From Candidatus Heimdallarchaeota archaeon (GTDB lineage: Archaea > Asgardarchaeota > Heimdallarchaeia > Heimdallarchaeales > Heimdallarchaeaceae): a DNA stretch of 27,763 bases. Shown piece by piece: positions 8,654-18,130 of the stretch. The stretch lies in assembly GCA_019057375.1 (NCBI GenBank), contig DXJF01000017.1:1-27763 (forward strand). The letters run 5' to 3'. Both the position numbers and the translations under genes were made by a program. Below the pieces are notes generated by a model, which had not been told where the DNA came from, made no database searches, and was given only the letters and a program-made list of their open reading frames with translations. How positions within the stretch are numbered: position 1 is the first letter of the stretch; the number at the start of each line of letters is the position of its first letter.

Positions 8654-9835
8654 ATGAGTAAAAGAGAAGTTTATGTTATAGGATATGGTATAACTAAATT
8701 TGGTGAGCACTATGAATTGAATCCTAGTACCAATGCATCGCAAGCTCTATCTAAAGCTATTCAGGATGCAAAGATTAACAAAGATCAGATTCAGAGTCTA
8801 TATTTTGGGTCATTGGTTTCAAATAGGAATAGCCAATCTTACATTGGAGCAGAAGCTACTCGAGAATGTAATTTAAACATACCAGTTACTAAAATTGATG
8901 TAGGAAATGCAAGTGGTGCAGGAGCATTTCATCAAGCATTCTTAGCTATAAAAAGTGGTCTTCTAGACTGTATCGCAGTATTAGGCACAGAAAAATTAAG
9001 TGATTTTGTTAATAGTAGTACAATAGAAAAAATTCTTGGAGGTACATTAGATTATCAATGGGAATTTGAGCAAGGAGCTACAGTAACAAGTCTCTATGCT
9101 TGGATGACACAAGCTCATATGAAAGAGTTCAATACAACCATGGAACAATTAGCATCAGTTCCAGTCAAAAACCATGCCAATGGAGTGAATAATCCAATCG
9201 CTCAATTCAGACGTGAAATCTCATTAAAACGATTTCTGGATGCAAAGAGAATTTCAGATCCCATTGGAAGATTTGATCCTGCAACTTATTGTGATGGAAG
9301 CGCAGCAGTGGTAATAGCTTCCAAGGAATTTGTGGAAAACCACTCAGAAATAGAAAAAAAGGTTAAAGTGATTAGTTCTGCCCAAAGCTCAGATAAAATT
9401 GCACTACACCATAGGGAAACCTTATCATCACTTCTAGCAACTCAAATTGCCTCAAAAAAAGCTTATGAAATGGCTCAAATTTCGTCGAAGGATATCAGTA
9501 TTGCTGAAGTACATGATTCATATCCTATAGGAGAGATTCTAGCAATAGAAAATCTTGGATTCTTCCAAAAAGGAGATGGGGGCGGAGCTACAATTGAAGG
9601 AAAAACTCAGATTAACTCAGAAATTAGTGTAAATACCAGCGGAGGTCTCAAGGCTAGAGGGGATCCTTTCGGTGCAACAGGAATTGCTCAAATTATCGAA
9701 ATCGTCCAACAAATGAGAAGAGAAGCTGACCAGAGACAAGTTGATGATATTAAGTATGGACTAACACAGAATGTTATGGGAACAGGAGCAAGTGTTTTAA
9801 TAAATATATTTTCAAATATGGAGGACGATAAATAA
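8654..9835 (+). CDS. SCP2/archaeal-type thiolase-fold protein with substituted catalytic residues
   Basis: Thiolase motifs DGSAAVVI, AEVHD and NTSGGLKARG-PFGATG. However GNASG (N85) replaces xCASG, HDSY replaces HDCF and GDP replaces GHP. RBS GAGGTGA overlaps the HMGS stop. Confidence 0.9.
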   Translation: MSKREVYVIGYGITKFGEHYELNPSTNASQALSKAIQDAKINKDQIQSLYFGSLVSNRNSQSYIGAEATRECNLNIPVTKIDVGNASGAGAFHQAFLAIKSGLLDCIAVLGTEKLSDFVNSSTIEKILGGTLDYQWEFEQGATVTSLYAWMTQAHMKEFNTTMEQLASVPVKNHANGVNNPIAQFRREISLKRFLDAKRISDPIGRFDPATYCDGSAAVVIASKEFVENHSEIEKKVKVISSAQSSDKIALHHRETLSSLLATQIASKKAYEMAQISSKDISIAEVHDSYPIGEILAIENLGFFQKGDGGGATIEGKTQINSEISVNTSGGLKARGDPFGATGIAQIIEIVQQMRREADQRQVDDIKYGLTQNVMGTGASVLINIFSNMEDDK

Positions 9836-10224
9836 TGGAACCACCCAAAATATGGAGAGAAAGAAGAGAAAAATATCTAGCTTTGGGAATCTTATGTCAT
9901 GAATGTAAAAAGAAGAGCTTTCCAATCACTCAATATTGTCCTTACTGTTCCAGTGAAAATATTGTAGAATTAAAACTTGCACAAACAGGGAAAATTCTTC
10001 ACTTCACGAGAGTATCTCAAACTGCAGAAGAAATGATGTTTTATGCTCCATATATAATTGGTCTTGTAGAATTAGATGATGGCATTAAGGTAACTGGACA
10101 AATTACTGATAATAAACTTGAGAAGCTTTCAGAAGGAACGAAAGTCCGAATGGTTTTTAGAGTATTATCAAAAAATGGAGAAGAAGGATTAATAGGATAC
10201 GGGTTTAAGTTCGTACCTATCTAA
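9835..10224 (+). CDS. DUF35 Zn-ribbon/OB-fold protein (scaffold subunit of the thiolase/HMGS complex)
   Basis: CHEC...CPYC zinc ribbon, GKILHFT and PYIIGLVELDDG. TAATG overlap indicates translational coupling. Confidence 0.92.
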   Translation: MEPPKIWRERREKYLALGILCHECKKKSFPITQYCPYCSSENIVELKLAQTGKILHFTRVSQTAEEMMFYAPYIIGLVELDDGIKVTGQITDNKLEKLSEGTKVRMVFRVLSKNGEEGLIGYGFKFVPI

Positions 10225-11595
10225 TTATTGTTTTATATGAGTAAATGAGTGTGTAATCAATCCTATTGATTGGATTTGCTTTTTAGCATTATCAACTTCA
10301 TGGGCATATTGTTGATCTCCACCAACAAAGAAACCATGAACTCCACCTTGGAACTTGTCCTTAACTATTACAAAGCCTAAACCACACCCACTTCTTTTAT
10401 AATCACAATAAACTACATACGAATTTTCTTTTGTTAGTTGGAGTTCAAGATGAAGGTGTGGAACAACATAATCTGGAATCTGATGTATAATGTTAGTGTT
10501 AGAACAGAAAGGACACTTTGATGAATAGAAATTCTTTAACCTCTTCTTTGCCTCATTGAATACATTAGTAAACCAATATCCAGAGGATGTTTTCAACAGT
10601 TCACCAAGTTCAAGATTTGCGATTGGACTTAATTGTGGAAGGGCAGATAGTTCTTCTACAGAAGCAACCTCTAGAAGCAACTTAAAACCCTTGGTTGTCG
10701 TCTTTATGACTATTGGATGTTCAAAATGATCCTCTACAAATTTGTTATCTTTAGGAACATAAGGATTCATGTAACTTTTATCCTTATCAATTATTGAAAT
10801 ATTGAAGAATATAGCTTTAACTGTAGTTGGGAACTTATCTATTTTTGTCCCAAAATGATAAACTGCAAAGTCCATAAGTTTGGGATGAACATTGTCATCT
10901 GGTTCATCCACAACAAAAATCATCATTTGATCATTTTGAGTAAGAGTTAGAGCTAATGGTGGAAGAGTAGGTTTATCTAAATGGACAGATTTCATTATTC
11001 CAATTCTTCTAGATGCTAATACTTCTTCTATTTCAGTTATTGCTTGCTTGATATGGATCTCTGGTTCATGTTCGATTGGTTCTGAAACTTTATATCCTTG
11101 ATCCATTAACGATAGTTTAAAATCCTCATTCCAGAATTCCTTTAGCCACTCCCAAGGAAGATAAACTACGTTCTTCTTCTTATACCATGTCTTAGATTCT
11201 CTGGCATCCCCATCAAAATAATAGTAAAGCGGATGATTTCTAGAAGATTTTTCCATTATAATAACAGGAACAGCTTTCATTCCTTTGTATTTATCACAAT
11301 AAACTGGATCCATGCCTGAATTTAAAGATAAAACACAGCTTAATAGCTTTAGAGCTGGTTCCTGAAGCTTAGCTTCAATTTGCTCATCTGTTCCCTTAAA
11401 TGGATCTGATGCTTCTCCACTTCTTGCGCGAATAGTTAGGAGTAAATCATCTTTGTAAGCACACATGATTACTCGTTTGTAGCTTTCATAGAAATCAACG
11501 TTTCTTGTGTAAATATTACACATCTCTACTGTAAAGCCTTTGTCTTTAAGATATGCTTCAACGAGCTTCATAAAATTTGTTTTAAATAAGCTCAT
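10225..11595 (-). CDS. Hypothetical protein, possible degenerate restriction-endonuclease-like fold with C-terminal Zn ribbon
   Basis: 456-codon ORF. N-terminal LVEAYLKDKGFTVE..VD resembles the start of PD-(D/E)xK folds, but no clear catalytic E-x-K is visible. C-terminal CPFC...CDYKRSGC. Confidence 0.55.
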   Translation of the reverse strand: MSLFKTNFMKLVEAYLKDKGFTVEMCNIYTRNVDFYESYKRVIMCAYKDDLLLTIRARSGEASDPFKGTDEQIEAKLQEPALKLLSCVLSLNSGMDPVYCDKYKGMKAVPVIIMEKSSRNHPLYYYFDGDARESKTWYKKKNVVYLPWEWLKEFWNEDFKLSLMDQGYKVSEPIEHEPEIHIKQAITEIEEVLASRRIGIMKSVHLDKPTLPPLALTLTQNDQMMIFVVDEPDDNVHPKLMDFAVYHFGTKIDKFPTTVKAIFFNISIIDKDKSYMNPYVPKDNKFVEDHFEHPIVIKTTTKGFKLLLEVASVEELSALPQLSPIANLELGELLKTSSGYWFTNVFNEAKKRLKNFYSSKCPFCSNTNIIHQIPDYVVPHLHLELQLTKENSYVVYCDYKRSGCGLGFVIVKDKFQGGVHGFFVGGDQQYAHEVDNAKKQIQSIGLITHSFTHIKQ

Positions 11596-11633
11596 GAAGG
11601 TATATCAGTAATTGTAACAGATAAAGTTTATCA

Positions 11634-12191
11634 TTAATCTGTTTGTTTTTCACCAAAAAGAGATGTCAACAGATTCTCCGTTATCTCAATAGTATTTGAT
11701 CTAGATTCTTCTACGGAGAGTTCAATGAATTCACAGATACTTTTAGGATGAACTATGACATAAAGCTTGTTTTCATTTTTCTTGACTGAAAAAGGATAAA
11801 GCTGACATGTCAGTGGTTTGAATTTATGTACTTTGCACAGACCTTTCTCATCAAGAAAAACACACTCATTCACAAATGGTTTTTTTCTTAAAATGTAGGC
11901 TTTGATTAAACCATTTTTTTCAAGGTTTTTGTTTGCGATAAGAACAGGACTCAATTCTTCTAATATCTGATCAATTTCAAAACCATGATCTTGAATGAGT
12001 CTAATATCTGGTTCAGTAACAGGAATGTTATTCAACTTACAACATTCTGTACAGCATGTACATTCAAAATAGATATGTCTAACTACTTCAATTTCACCGT
12101 GTTCATTCACAGTAGCAATTATAGTTCCGTTAATATCCATTTTTTTCCTGAATTGACCAAAAAACTGAACATAAAAAGCTTGTCTATTCAT
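11634..12191 (-). CDS. YkgJ family CxxCxxCC (Fe-S/Zn cluster) protein
   Basis: FECTCCTECC...CVFLDEKGLCKVHKFKPLTCQLYPF. The start may be ATG 12140. Confidence 0.85.
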   Translation of the reverse strand: MNRQAFYVQFFGQFRKKMDINGTIIATVNEHGEIEVVRHIYFECTCCTECCKLNNIPVTEPDIRLIQDHGFEIDQILEELSPVLIANKNLEKNGLIKAYILRKKPFVNECVFLDEKGLCKVHKFKPLTCQLYPFSVKKNENKLYVIVHPKSICEFIELSVEESRSNTIEITENLLTSLFGEKQTD

Positions 12192-12370
12192 GGTCTAGAA
12201 TATTACAAATTCTAAAAGCACATAGCATACACCAAAAAAAAGCAAAATGCGAGTATGGTTACCTATATGTGGATAAGGCGTTGTTTATGCTGTATTTTGT
12301 AACTTCAGAGGTTTTAAATACTTTCACACACACAGTAATAGTTGGAAATTAATTTTTCAGAGTGATTTTA

Positions 12371-12784
12371 ATGAGTGAAATGAATGAAATGATTAAAATG
12401 TTGGCTGATGCTCCTGAGGAGCAAAGACAACAAATGTTAACTCAAAGGTTGAAAATGATTGCAGGGCAACCAGAAGAACAAAGAGTAAAATCTCTAGCAG
12501 GACTGATAACAGCTGTTACAGAACTGAAGGAGAAGAAAATGAAACCTTTTATTGCAACACGAACAAAAATACTTTTGGGATTAAGCTCAGAAGAGAAGGA
12601 AGCTATTCTTGTTGGCCGTATGAAAGCTGGTAAAATGGTTGGTGACAAAATTCATATGACAGACATGAAAGTAACCCTAGAAGTTGCTAAACAAATGGGT
12701 GAAGAAAAACTCAAAATGCTAACTGGTCTTATGAAGCAAATTGCAGAGAAGCATGGGTTACCTACACCTGAGTTCGGATATTGA
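12371..12784 (+). CDS. Met-rich alpha-helical repeat protein of unknown function
   Basis: 14 Met in 137 aa. Repeats APEEQR / QPEEQR / SSEEKE / MGEEKL. TATA-like TTTTAAATA at about 12312-12320. Confidence 0.7.
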   Translation: MSEMNEMIKMLADAPEEQRQQMLTQRLKMIAGQPEEQRVKSLAGLITAVTELKEKKMKPFIATRTKILLGLSSEEKEAILVGRMKAGKMVGDKIHMTDMKVTLEVAKQMGEEKLKMLTGLMKQIAEKHGLPTPEFGY

Positions 12785-12795
12785 TCTGAAGAAGT

Positions 12796-12834
12796 AGATA
12801 ATGAGAGATCTATACTTTCTCTCTATCTTTTTTT
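12796..12834 (+). terminator. Hairpin + T-tract terminator candidate
   Basis: AGATA-AT-GAGAGA-loop-TCTCTC-TATCT followed by a T run, directly after the Met-rich gene. Confidence 0.4.
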
Positions 12835-12891
12835 CTCAAAAGATTAGGAGTTAGAAAAAATTGTTTTATGTTTAAATTAAGGATGATTAAA

Positions 12892-14406
12892 ATGATGGAA
12901 AATATATTTAAAAGGTACAAAGAAATTCTCTTTTTTGGTTTTTCTCTTGTGCTTATATCATTGGGATTGGGGATTTGGTGAACTATTAATGAAGCTACAA
13001 TACAAGGTACAGTAGTAGAGATAGTATTGAAAAGATTCTTAGAAATAATCCCACTATTAGGTTTAGGGTTTCTGAAACTAGGAATTGGTTTTGCTATTGT
13101 AACCATAGTGAAAAGTATTAAATCTACAGGTGAAAATGCAACTGGAAGCTTCAAGAAAGCAGGCTTAAAATTAGAAAACAATAAAGCACCATTCTTTGCT
13201 AAGAGTTTCCCAATTATGCTAATTGCAGGAATACTCTCTGAATTAGTTGCAGCAATTATAATGATATTTTGGATAATAGCTGGTGTTAATGGTAATGAAT
13301 ATGCAAATCATATATATGAAATAATTACTGTTCCAATCGAAGGATTGGGTGTTGCTTTGCTGATAGGAGGCATAGCTTTTGGTTTAACCACCATAGTGCT
13401 CAATTTGGGTATTCAAGTTAATGAATTACCCAAAAGACTGAAAGCATTGGTTAAAGGAGAAAAAGATCTAGAAGAATTACAACCTAAAAGTCTCATTCCA
13501 AGATGGACAAAGATTGTTACAATTACAGGTATGATTGTCACAGGATCTGCATTAATACCTGTTGCAATAATTAGAGCAGTTCACTATGCAGTTAACTATT
13601 CACCAACATATGAAACACCAGTTGGTTTGAATGCTTTACTCTGGGATACATGGATCTTTTTAGGGATAGCAATATTACTATTTGCAATAAGTTATTGGTT
13701 ATTAAGAATTATAAAGTGGTTGAGAAGACAAAGAACTCAATTAGGAAAAACTGTTGAAGAAATAGCTGAAATGGAAGTTCCTACAATAGAAAATCCTTTG
13801 AAAATCACAACAGCAGTACATTCATTTGCTACTGCAGGATTAATGTGGATGTTTATTTTCTTCTTTGTAATTGCAATCTATCAAGCTTTTCAGGAAACTT
13901 TGCTAGGGGTTGTTACTCTAAAAATGCTTATTAAACCTGGCAGAGCGATTAGTTTGGCTTTGCTTTTCATAGGAATAGGACTTGCTTTGTTAACCATAGT
14001 AGTTAATCTGAATCTCACAGCTTTTATGTTACCGAGCTCCTTTTCGAATATCGTAAATGCAATTAAGAAAGATAATACAAGAGTAGAGCTCTCTCAAGCT
14101 TCTGACAAACCCCTAAAACTATCACCTATGAAATTATTCATAGGCTTACTAATTGGCGCATTTATAGTTCTCTTAGGAACAATACCACTTGCCATTCTAA
14201 GAATAAGTTACCAGTTTCAAGGACTTACACAGAGTCAGTTAACTGTCGAACATCTTATTGGTCCAGTTGTGTCTACAGGAGTTGGCTTAATTTTCTTAAT
14301 GATTGGTTTATTCTTCAGCACCATTGTGGGTTTTGTTAAAGCAAGAAAAACAATAATTAGTGAGGGTGTTGAAAGCTGCGTTTATTACACTATTGAGAAG
14401 AAGTAA
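12892..14406 (+). CDS. Multi-pass membrane protein with 4-5 internal repeats, interrupted by one in-frame TGA (12979-12981)
   Basis: MMENIFKRYKEILFFGFSLVLISLGLGIW*TINEATIQGTVVEIVLKRFLE is in frame with the track ORF 13027-14406. Repeat motif G-x-A-L-L-x-x-G-I-G/A-x-x-L-x-T-I-V. RBS-like AGGATGA precedes 12892. It may be a pseudogene or may start at TTG 13027. Confidence 0.65.
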
Positions 14407-14468
14407 ATTCTTCTTTTTATTTTCTTTTTAACAGCAACAGTTTTAATACTTTTTTTTTCTCATAAATT

Positions 14469-15110
14469 GTGAGTGAAGATAAAGACAGTTTTTCCATGAG
14501 TTCTTTCTGGAAAACAAATTTACCTACAAGGAATATTTTGGTGATAATCCTCATTGTTCACATTGTTCTATGGATAATTACATTGTCCATGGGTAACATT
14601 GTTTCTTTCAAAGATGCTATATCTATAGCTGATGAGATATTAGTTGCCGTTGGTCAATATAATTACTTGGTTTTTCAAGGGCATATCTATCAATTAGTTA
14701 CTTCGATTTTTGTCCATGTAGATATTGTTCACTTGCTCTCTAACTGTTTATTTTTACTTGTTTTTGGCTTCAAAGTAGAAGAACGATTATTATCCTGGCA
14801 ATATTATTTCGTATTTGTTATTTCAGGAATAATGGGTGGTTTGCTCTCTTTTGTATATGGAGCTGATTCTATCTCAGCAGGAGCTAGTGGAGGTGTTTTT
14901 GGATTACTTGGGGCAGCTCTTGCTCTTATGTATCAACATGAAAAAACAAAATCGTTTTGGGGATATTTGGCATCAGGAGGAATTTTCTTCTTAATAATGT
15001 CCTTTGGTAGTCCAAATGTCAATTTTTTTGCACATGCTATAGGTTTAGTAACTGGTGCAATAATTCCATTTATTCTTAAAAAAAGAAAACAAACAGTTAT
15101 TGTAACTTAA
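14469..15110 (+). CDS. Rhomboid family intramembrane serine protease
   Basis: HVDIVHLLSN (HxxxN), GASGGVFG (catalytic Ser) and AHAIG (catalytic His). Confidence 0.92.
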   Translation: MSEDKDSFSMSSFWKTNLPTRNILVIILIVHIVLWIITLSMGNIVSFKDAISIADEILVAVGQYNYLVFQGHIYQLVTSIFVHVDIVHLLSNCLFLLVFGFKVEERLLSWQYYFVFVISGIMGGLLSFVYGADSISAGASGGVFGLLGAALALMYQHEKTKSFWGYLASGGIFFLIMSFGSPNVNFFAHAIGLVTGAIIPFILKKRKQTVIVT

Positions 15111-15116
15111 CCTTAG

Positions 15117-15803
15117 TTAAAAGTACTCGGAAAGTTTTTTTACCTCACTAAATTCCTTTTTTATCTTTTTGACAGTATCCCACGATTCTCGCACATATGG
15201 AGGAAATTTCTTATTTTTTGCATAATATCTATTCAAAAATTCTCTTGTAACAGGATCAGCTGGATATCCAGAACCAATTTCCTCTCCTATTTTGTTGGAT
15301 ATCTTTGCTATTTCATCATCCCTTTCCTTTTTTGCAATAATCGAAGCAGCAGAAACAACAGGAAAAAGCAAATCTGCTTTGTGTTTTGATATTATCTTTG
15401 CATTAGAAAATTCAGTTTCAAATACTCCCCCAAATCTCTTCGCATTTACATCAGCCGCATCAATATATATTTCTGAAGGGATTGTTTTAAGATCCTTTGC
15501 TAACTTTAGCATCATCCTTTGTTCAATAATATTGAGAGTATAGTTCTTTCTTAATTCGTCGATTTCAGCTGCTGAAAGATGTTTAACTTTGTAATCTGCT
15601 GCTATAGAAATCAATTGAGAATATAATTCATTTCTTCTTTTCTTCGAAAGTAGCTTTGAATCTTTAACTTTGAGTTTAATCAATTTGTCTATATCTTTCT
15701 TTGATATTGCATACGCACAGATTACTAATGGCCCTATAACTGGACCTCTTCCAGCTTCATCAATTCCTACAATAATTTCCTCAAGATTTGTAATATTTTT
15801 CAC
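15117..15803 (-). CDS. rnhB: Ribonuclease HII
   Basis: GIDEAGRGPVIGPL, KDSKLL, YIDAAD, KAD...VSAASIIAK and GSGYPADP. Confidence 0.96.
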   Translation of the reverse strand: MKNITNLEEIIVGIDEAGRGPVIGPLVICAYAISKKDIDKLIKLKVKDSKLLSKKRRNELYSQLISIAADYKVKHLSAAEIDELRKNYTLNIIEQRMMLKLAKDLKTIPSEIYIDAADVNAKRFGGVFETEFSNAKIISKHKADLLFPVVSAASIIAKKERDDEIAKISNKIGEEIGSGYPADPVTREFLNRYYAKNKKFPPYVRESWDTVKKIKKEFSEVKKLSEYF

Positions 15804-15811
15804 CTTCTTAT

Positions 15812-16987
15812 TCAGAATTTGTTTGTTATCTGTACCAACTCTTCATATTTTGCATCAGTTTTCAATCCCTCTGGATCAAATGGTGTTCTAGATGCTTTAA
15901 ATCCAGCATCAATAAGAGCATCAATAATTTCTTGTATTTTTATTCCTTTCTTCACAGAATGTCGTGTAACTAGAGGAAAATTATAGAAAAATGGAATTTC
16001 ATCTATTTCTTCCAAAGCTAGTTTTAGTAATCTTGATATCCTCTTTTCACTTGGTAAGTCCAGGTCCTTGTTTATTTCGTTCATCAAGAGAAGATATTGC
16101 TTATCATACAATTCACCCAACCATAGTGGCCCAGCTCTCTCCAGAAGGTTATCACAAATTGGACAATGTGATAAAGAAAAAGTTTCTTGTAATGTAAAAG
16201 TTCTATAGTAAGAACATTGAGAACAAAAAGATAGTAAACCGATTTGTTGATGCTGACTATTAGCAGCTTCTTTGCTTTTCTCTACTTTAACTTTAATTCT
16301 CAAGAAATGCTCATGATGGTAATTTAGTATTGGTTTTATTTCAAGACCAAGTCTTCCAGCGCTAATGAGTATATTGTATAAAAGAATTCTTAACGCAACC
16401 TCATGACATAGATAGTGGCGTGTTGGATAAGAATTGTAGATTCTTAAACAAGCTTCTGAAAACTTTCCACATAGAACTTGTAAATCAGTTGCTGTAGCAA
16501 ATAGATACCCAGAATTTCTTTTGAGGGCAAATAACGATGTTTCAAAGAATTTTATTGGAGAACCAAATGGATCAATATCTATTACATTTATTGGTCTCTT
16601 CTGTTGTATAAGTTCATAAAGTAAATCTGAAGCATCTGAGTGAATTATCTCAAATTTCTCTTTATTTTCAAGTAATAATGCATTTTTAGAAATTATCTCA
16701 ATAGCTTTAGGATTTTTATCGTTAATGATCACTTGATTGATTGTTGAAGAGCTTAATTCCTTTAATATCCTGAAACTACGAATCCCAGTTCCAGCTAAAG
16801 CATCTACAAAAGTTAATGGTTGTCCTTGTTTTCTGGAAATTGTTTCTAGCATAAGAAGCGTAAAGTCTCTATTTACAATCATTTTGGGATTATAGAATAC
16901 TGAAGCATCATATATTCTTTCAGCGTCTTTAATTATTGCTAATTCTGTATTTCCTTCTTTGACTTTCTTCCAACTACCTGTTGTCAT
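15812..16987 (-). CDS. trm1: tRNA (guanine26-N2)-dimethyltransferase Trm1
   Basis: VFYNPKMIVNRD, DALAGTGIRSFR, DIDPFGSP, TATD, CHEVALRIL, CSQC..CPIC and GPLWLG. ATG 16987 is preferred (track start 17005). Confidence 0.95.
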   Translation of the reverse strand: MTTGSWKKVKEGNTELAIIKDAERIYDASVFYNPKMIVNRDFTLLMLETISRKQGQPLTFVDALAGTGIRSFRILKELSSSTINQVIINDKNPKAIEIISKNALLLENKEKFEIIHSDASDLLYELIQQKRPINVIDIDPFGSPIKFFETSLFALKRNSGYLFATATDLQVLCGKFSEACLRIYNSYPTRHYLCHEVALRILLYNILISAGRLGLEIKPILNYHHEHFLRIKVKVEKSKEAANSQHQQIGLLSFCSQCSYYRTFTLQETFSLSHCPICDNLLERAGPLWLGELYDKQYLLLMNEINKDLDLPSEKRISRLLKLALEEIDEIPFFYNFPLVTRHSVKKGIKIQEIIDALIDAGFKASRTPFDPEGLKTDAKYEELVQITNKF

Positions 16988-17008
16988 TGAATCACCGCAA
17001 TACATAGA

Positions 17009-17605
17009 TTATGATTCTGATTTGAAATCTTTAGCTATCAAGTATATTTCCGAACTCTGTTTCCTTGAGGATTTGGGCTTGAATAATTTTACTACATTGA
17101 AGCGTTCTTTAACGCTCTTTACAAATTCCTGTGTTTCACTCCCCTGGAATATCTTGCATACAAAAGATCCTCCCATGTATAATATATTGGATGCAAGTTC
17201 TAATGCTCTATGTACAAGCATGGACTGTATAGAATGATCCCTATCATAATTACCTGAAATATTTGGGGCACAATCAGATATTAAAACATCTGATTTCCCA
17301 TAGTTCTCTAGGAGAAATACATCTAGGTCCTTTCTAAAAATATCCTGAAAAAGAATGATTATGTTCGTCTCTTTAAATTCTTGAATATATGCTTTATCTA
17401 TTGCTATTATCAAACCATTGCTTCCAACTTTTCTGGAAGCTACTTGAGACCATCCACCAGGAGAAGCACCTAAATCTACAATTTGCTGGCCCTTTTTGAA
17501 AATACTAAATTTGTCATTTATTTCAAAAAGCTTGTAAGAAGCTCGTGATCTAAAACCACTTACTCTTGCTTTTCTTGCATAAGGATCAGCACTCAAAGTA
17601 ATCAC
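17009..17605 (-). CDS. rlmE: 23S rRNA Um2552 2'-O-methyltransferase (FtsJ/RlmE)
   Basis: RSRASYKL, VDLGASPGGWSQ, SDCAPN, CKIFQG and KPKSSRKQSSEIY (K-D-K-E tetrad). Confidence 0.95.
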   Translation of the reverse strand: MITLSADPYARKARVSGFRSRASYKLFEINDKFSIFKKGQQIVDLGASPGGWSQVASRKVGSNGLIIAIDKAYIQEFKETNIIILFQDIFRKDLDVFLLENYGKSDVLISDCAPNISGNYDRDHSIQSMLVHRALELASNILYMGGSFVCKIFQGSETQEFVKSVKERFNVVKLFKPKSSRKQSSEIYLIAKDFKSES

Positions 17606-17674
17606 ATAGATTTATTTGAGTCATTTTAAAAATCGTTATTGATAAGAATTGCGTCCTCTCTCCCTTTTATTCTA

Positions 17675-18130
17675 TTACTTCAAGGGTATCCGAACTCTAT
17701 CGTCATCATCCAGGATATCATACTCAATGAATCTGTAAGTTTGTATATCCTTTGATTCATCTTCTTCAATTAACCATTCATTGTAAAGTCTGCAAGATAC
17801 AGGATTCACTGGATTATTAACTGCACATTCGCTTATCCTATCACAAATGAAGCAAGGACATACCATAGTCATCCAGCCAGTTTCTTTTTTCTTTGGAATT
17901 GTTAAAACATAGTCTTTAACGTTACCTTCTGCAACAGGGATTTTTAATATTTTATTTGCGTAGAGAAGTTCATCTATTTTGTGGATGATGGATTCATGAC
18001 CACCGAGTAGATCTATTACTTCTCTATAGAGCAAATTTTTATTCTTAGTTCTGTCAATCAACTCGATTATTTCATCCCCAAGGGCAATACTATAATTTTT
18101 CTCTGTCTTAATTCTTTGAACAGGCATCAT
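17675..18130 (-). CDS. Archaeal TFE beta subunit / RNA polymerase III C34 (RPC39) homolog
   Basis: N-terminal winged-helix-like region, a C34-type Fe-S Cys motif CPCFICDRISEC...VNPVSCRLYNEWL and an acidic tail. Confidence 0.82.
   Translation of the reverse strand: MMPVQRIKTEKNYSIALGDEIIELIDRTKNKNLLYREVIDLLGGHESIIHKIDELLYANKILKIPVAEGNVKDYVLTIPKKKETGWMTMVCPCFICDRISECAVNNPVNPVSCRLYNEWLIEEDESKDIQTYRFIEYDILDDDDRVRIPLK

Noticed and set aside
12979-12981. Alternative genetic code (UGA = Trp/Gly)
   Set aside because: TGA terminates several conserved genes at expected lengths (HMGS at 8649, gar1 at 18341), and TGG encodes Trp throughout.
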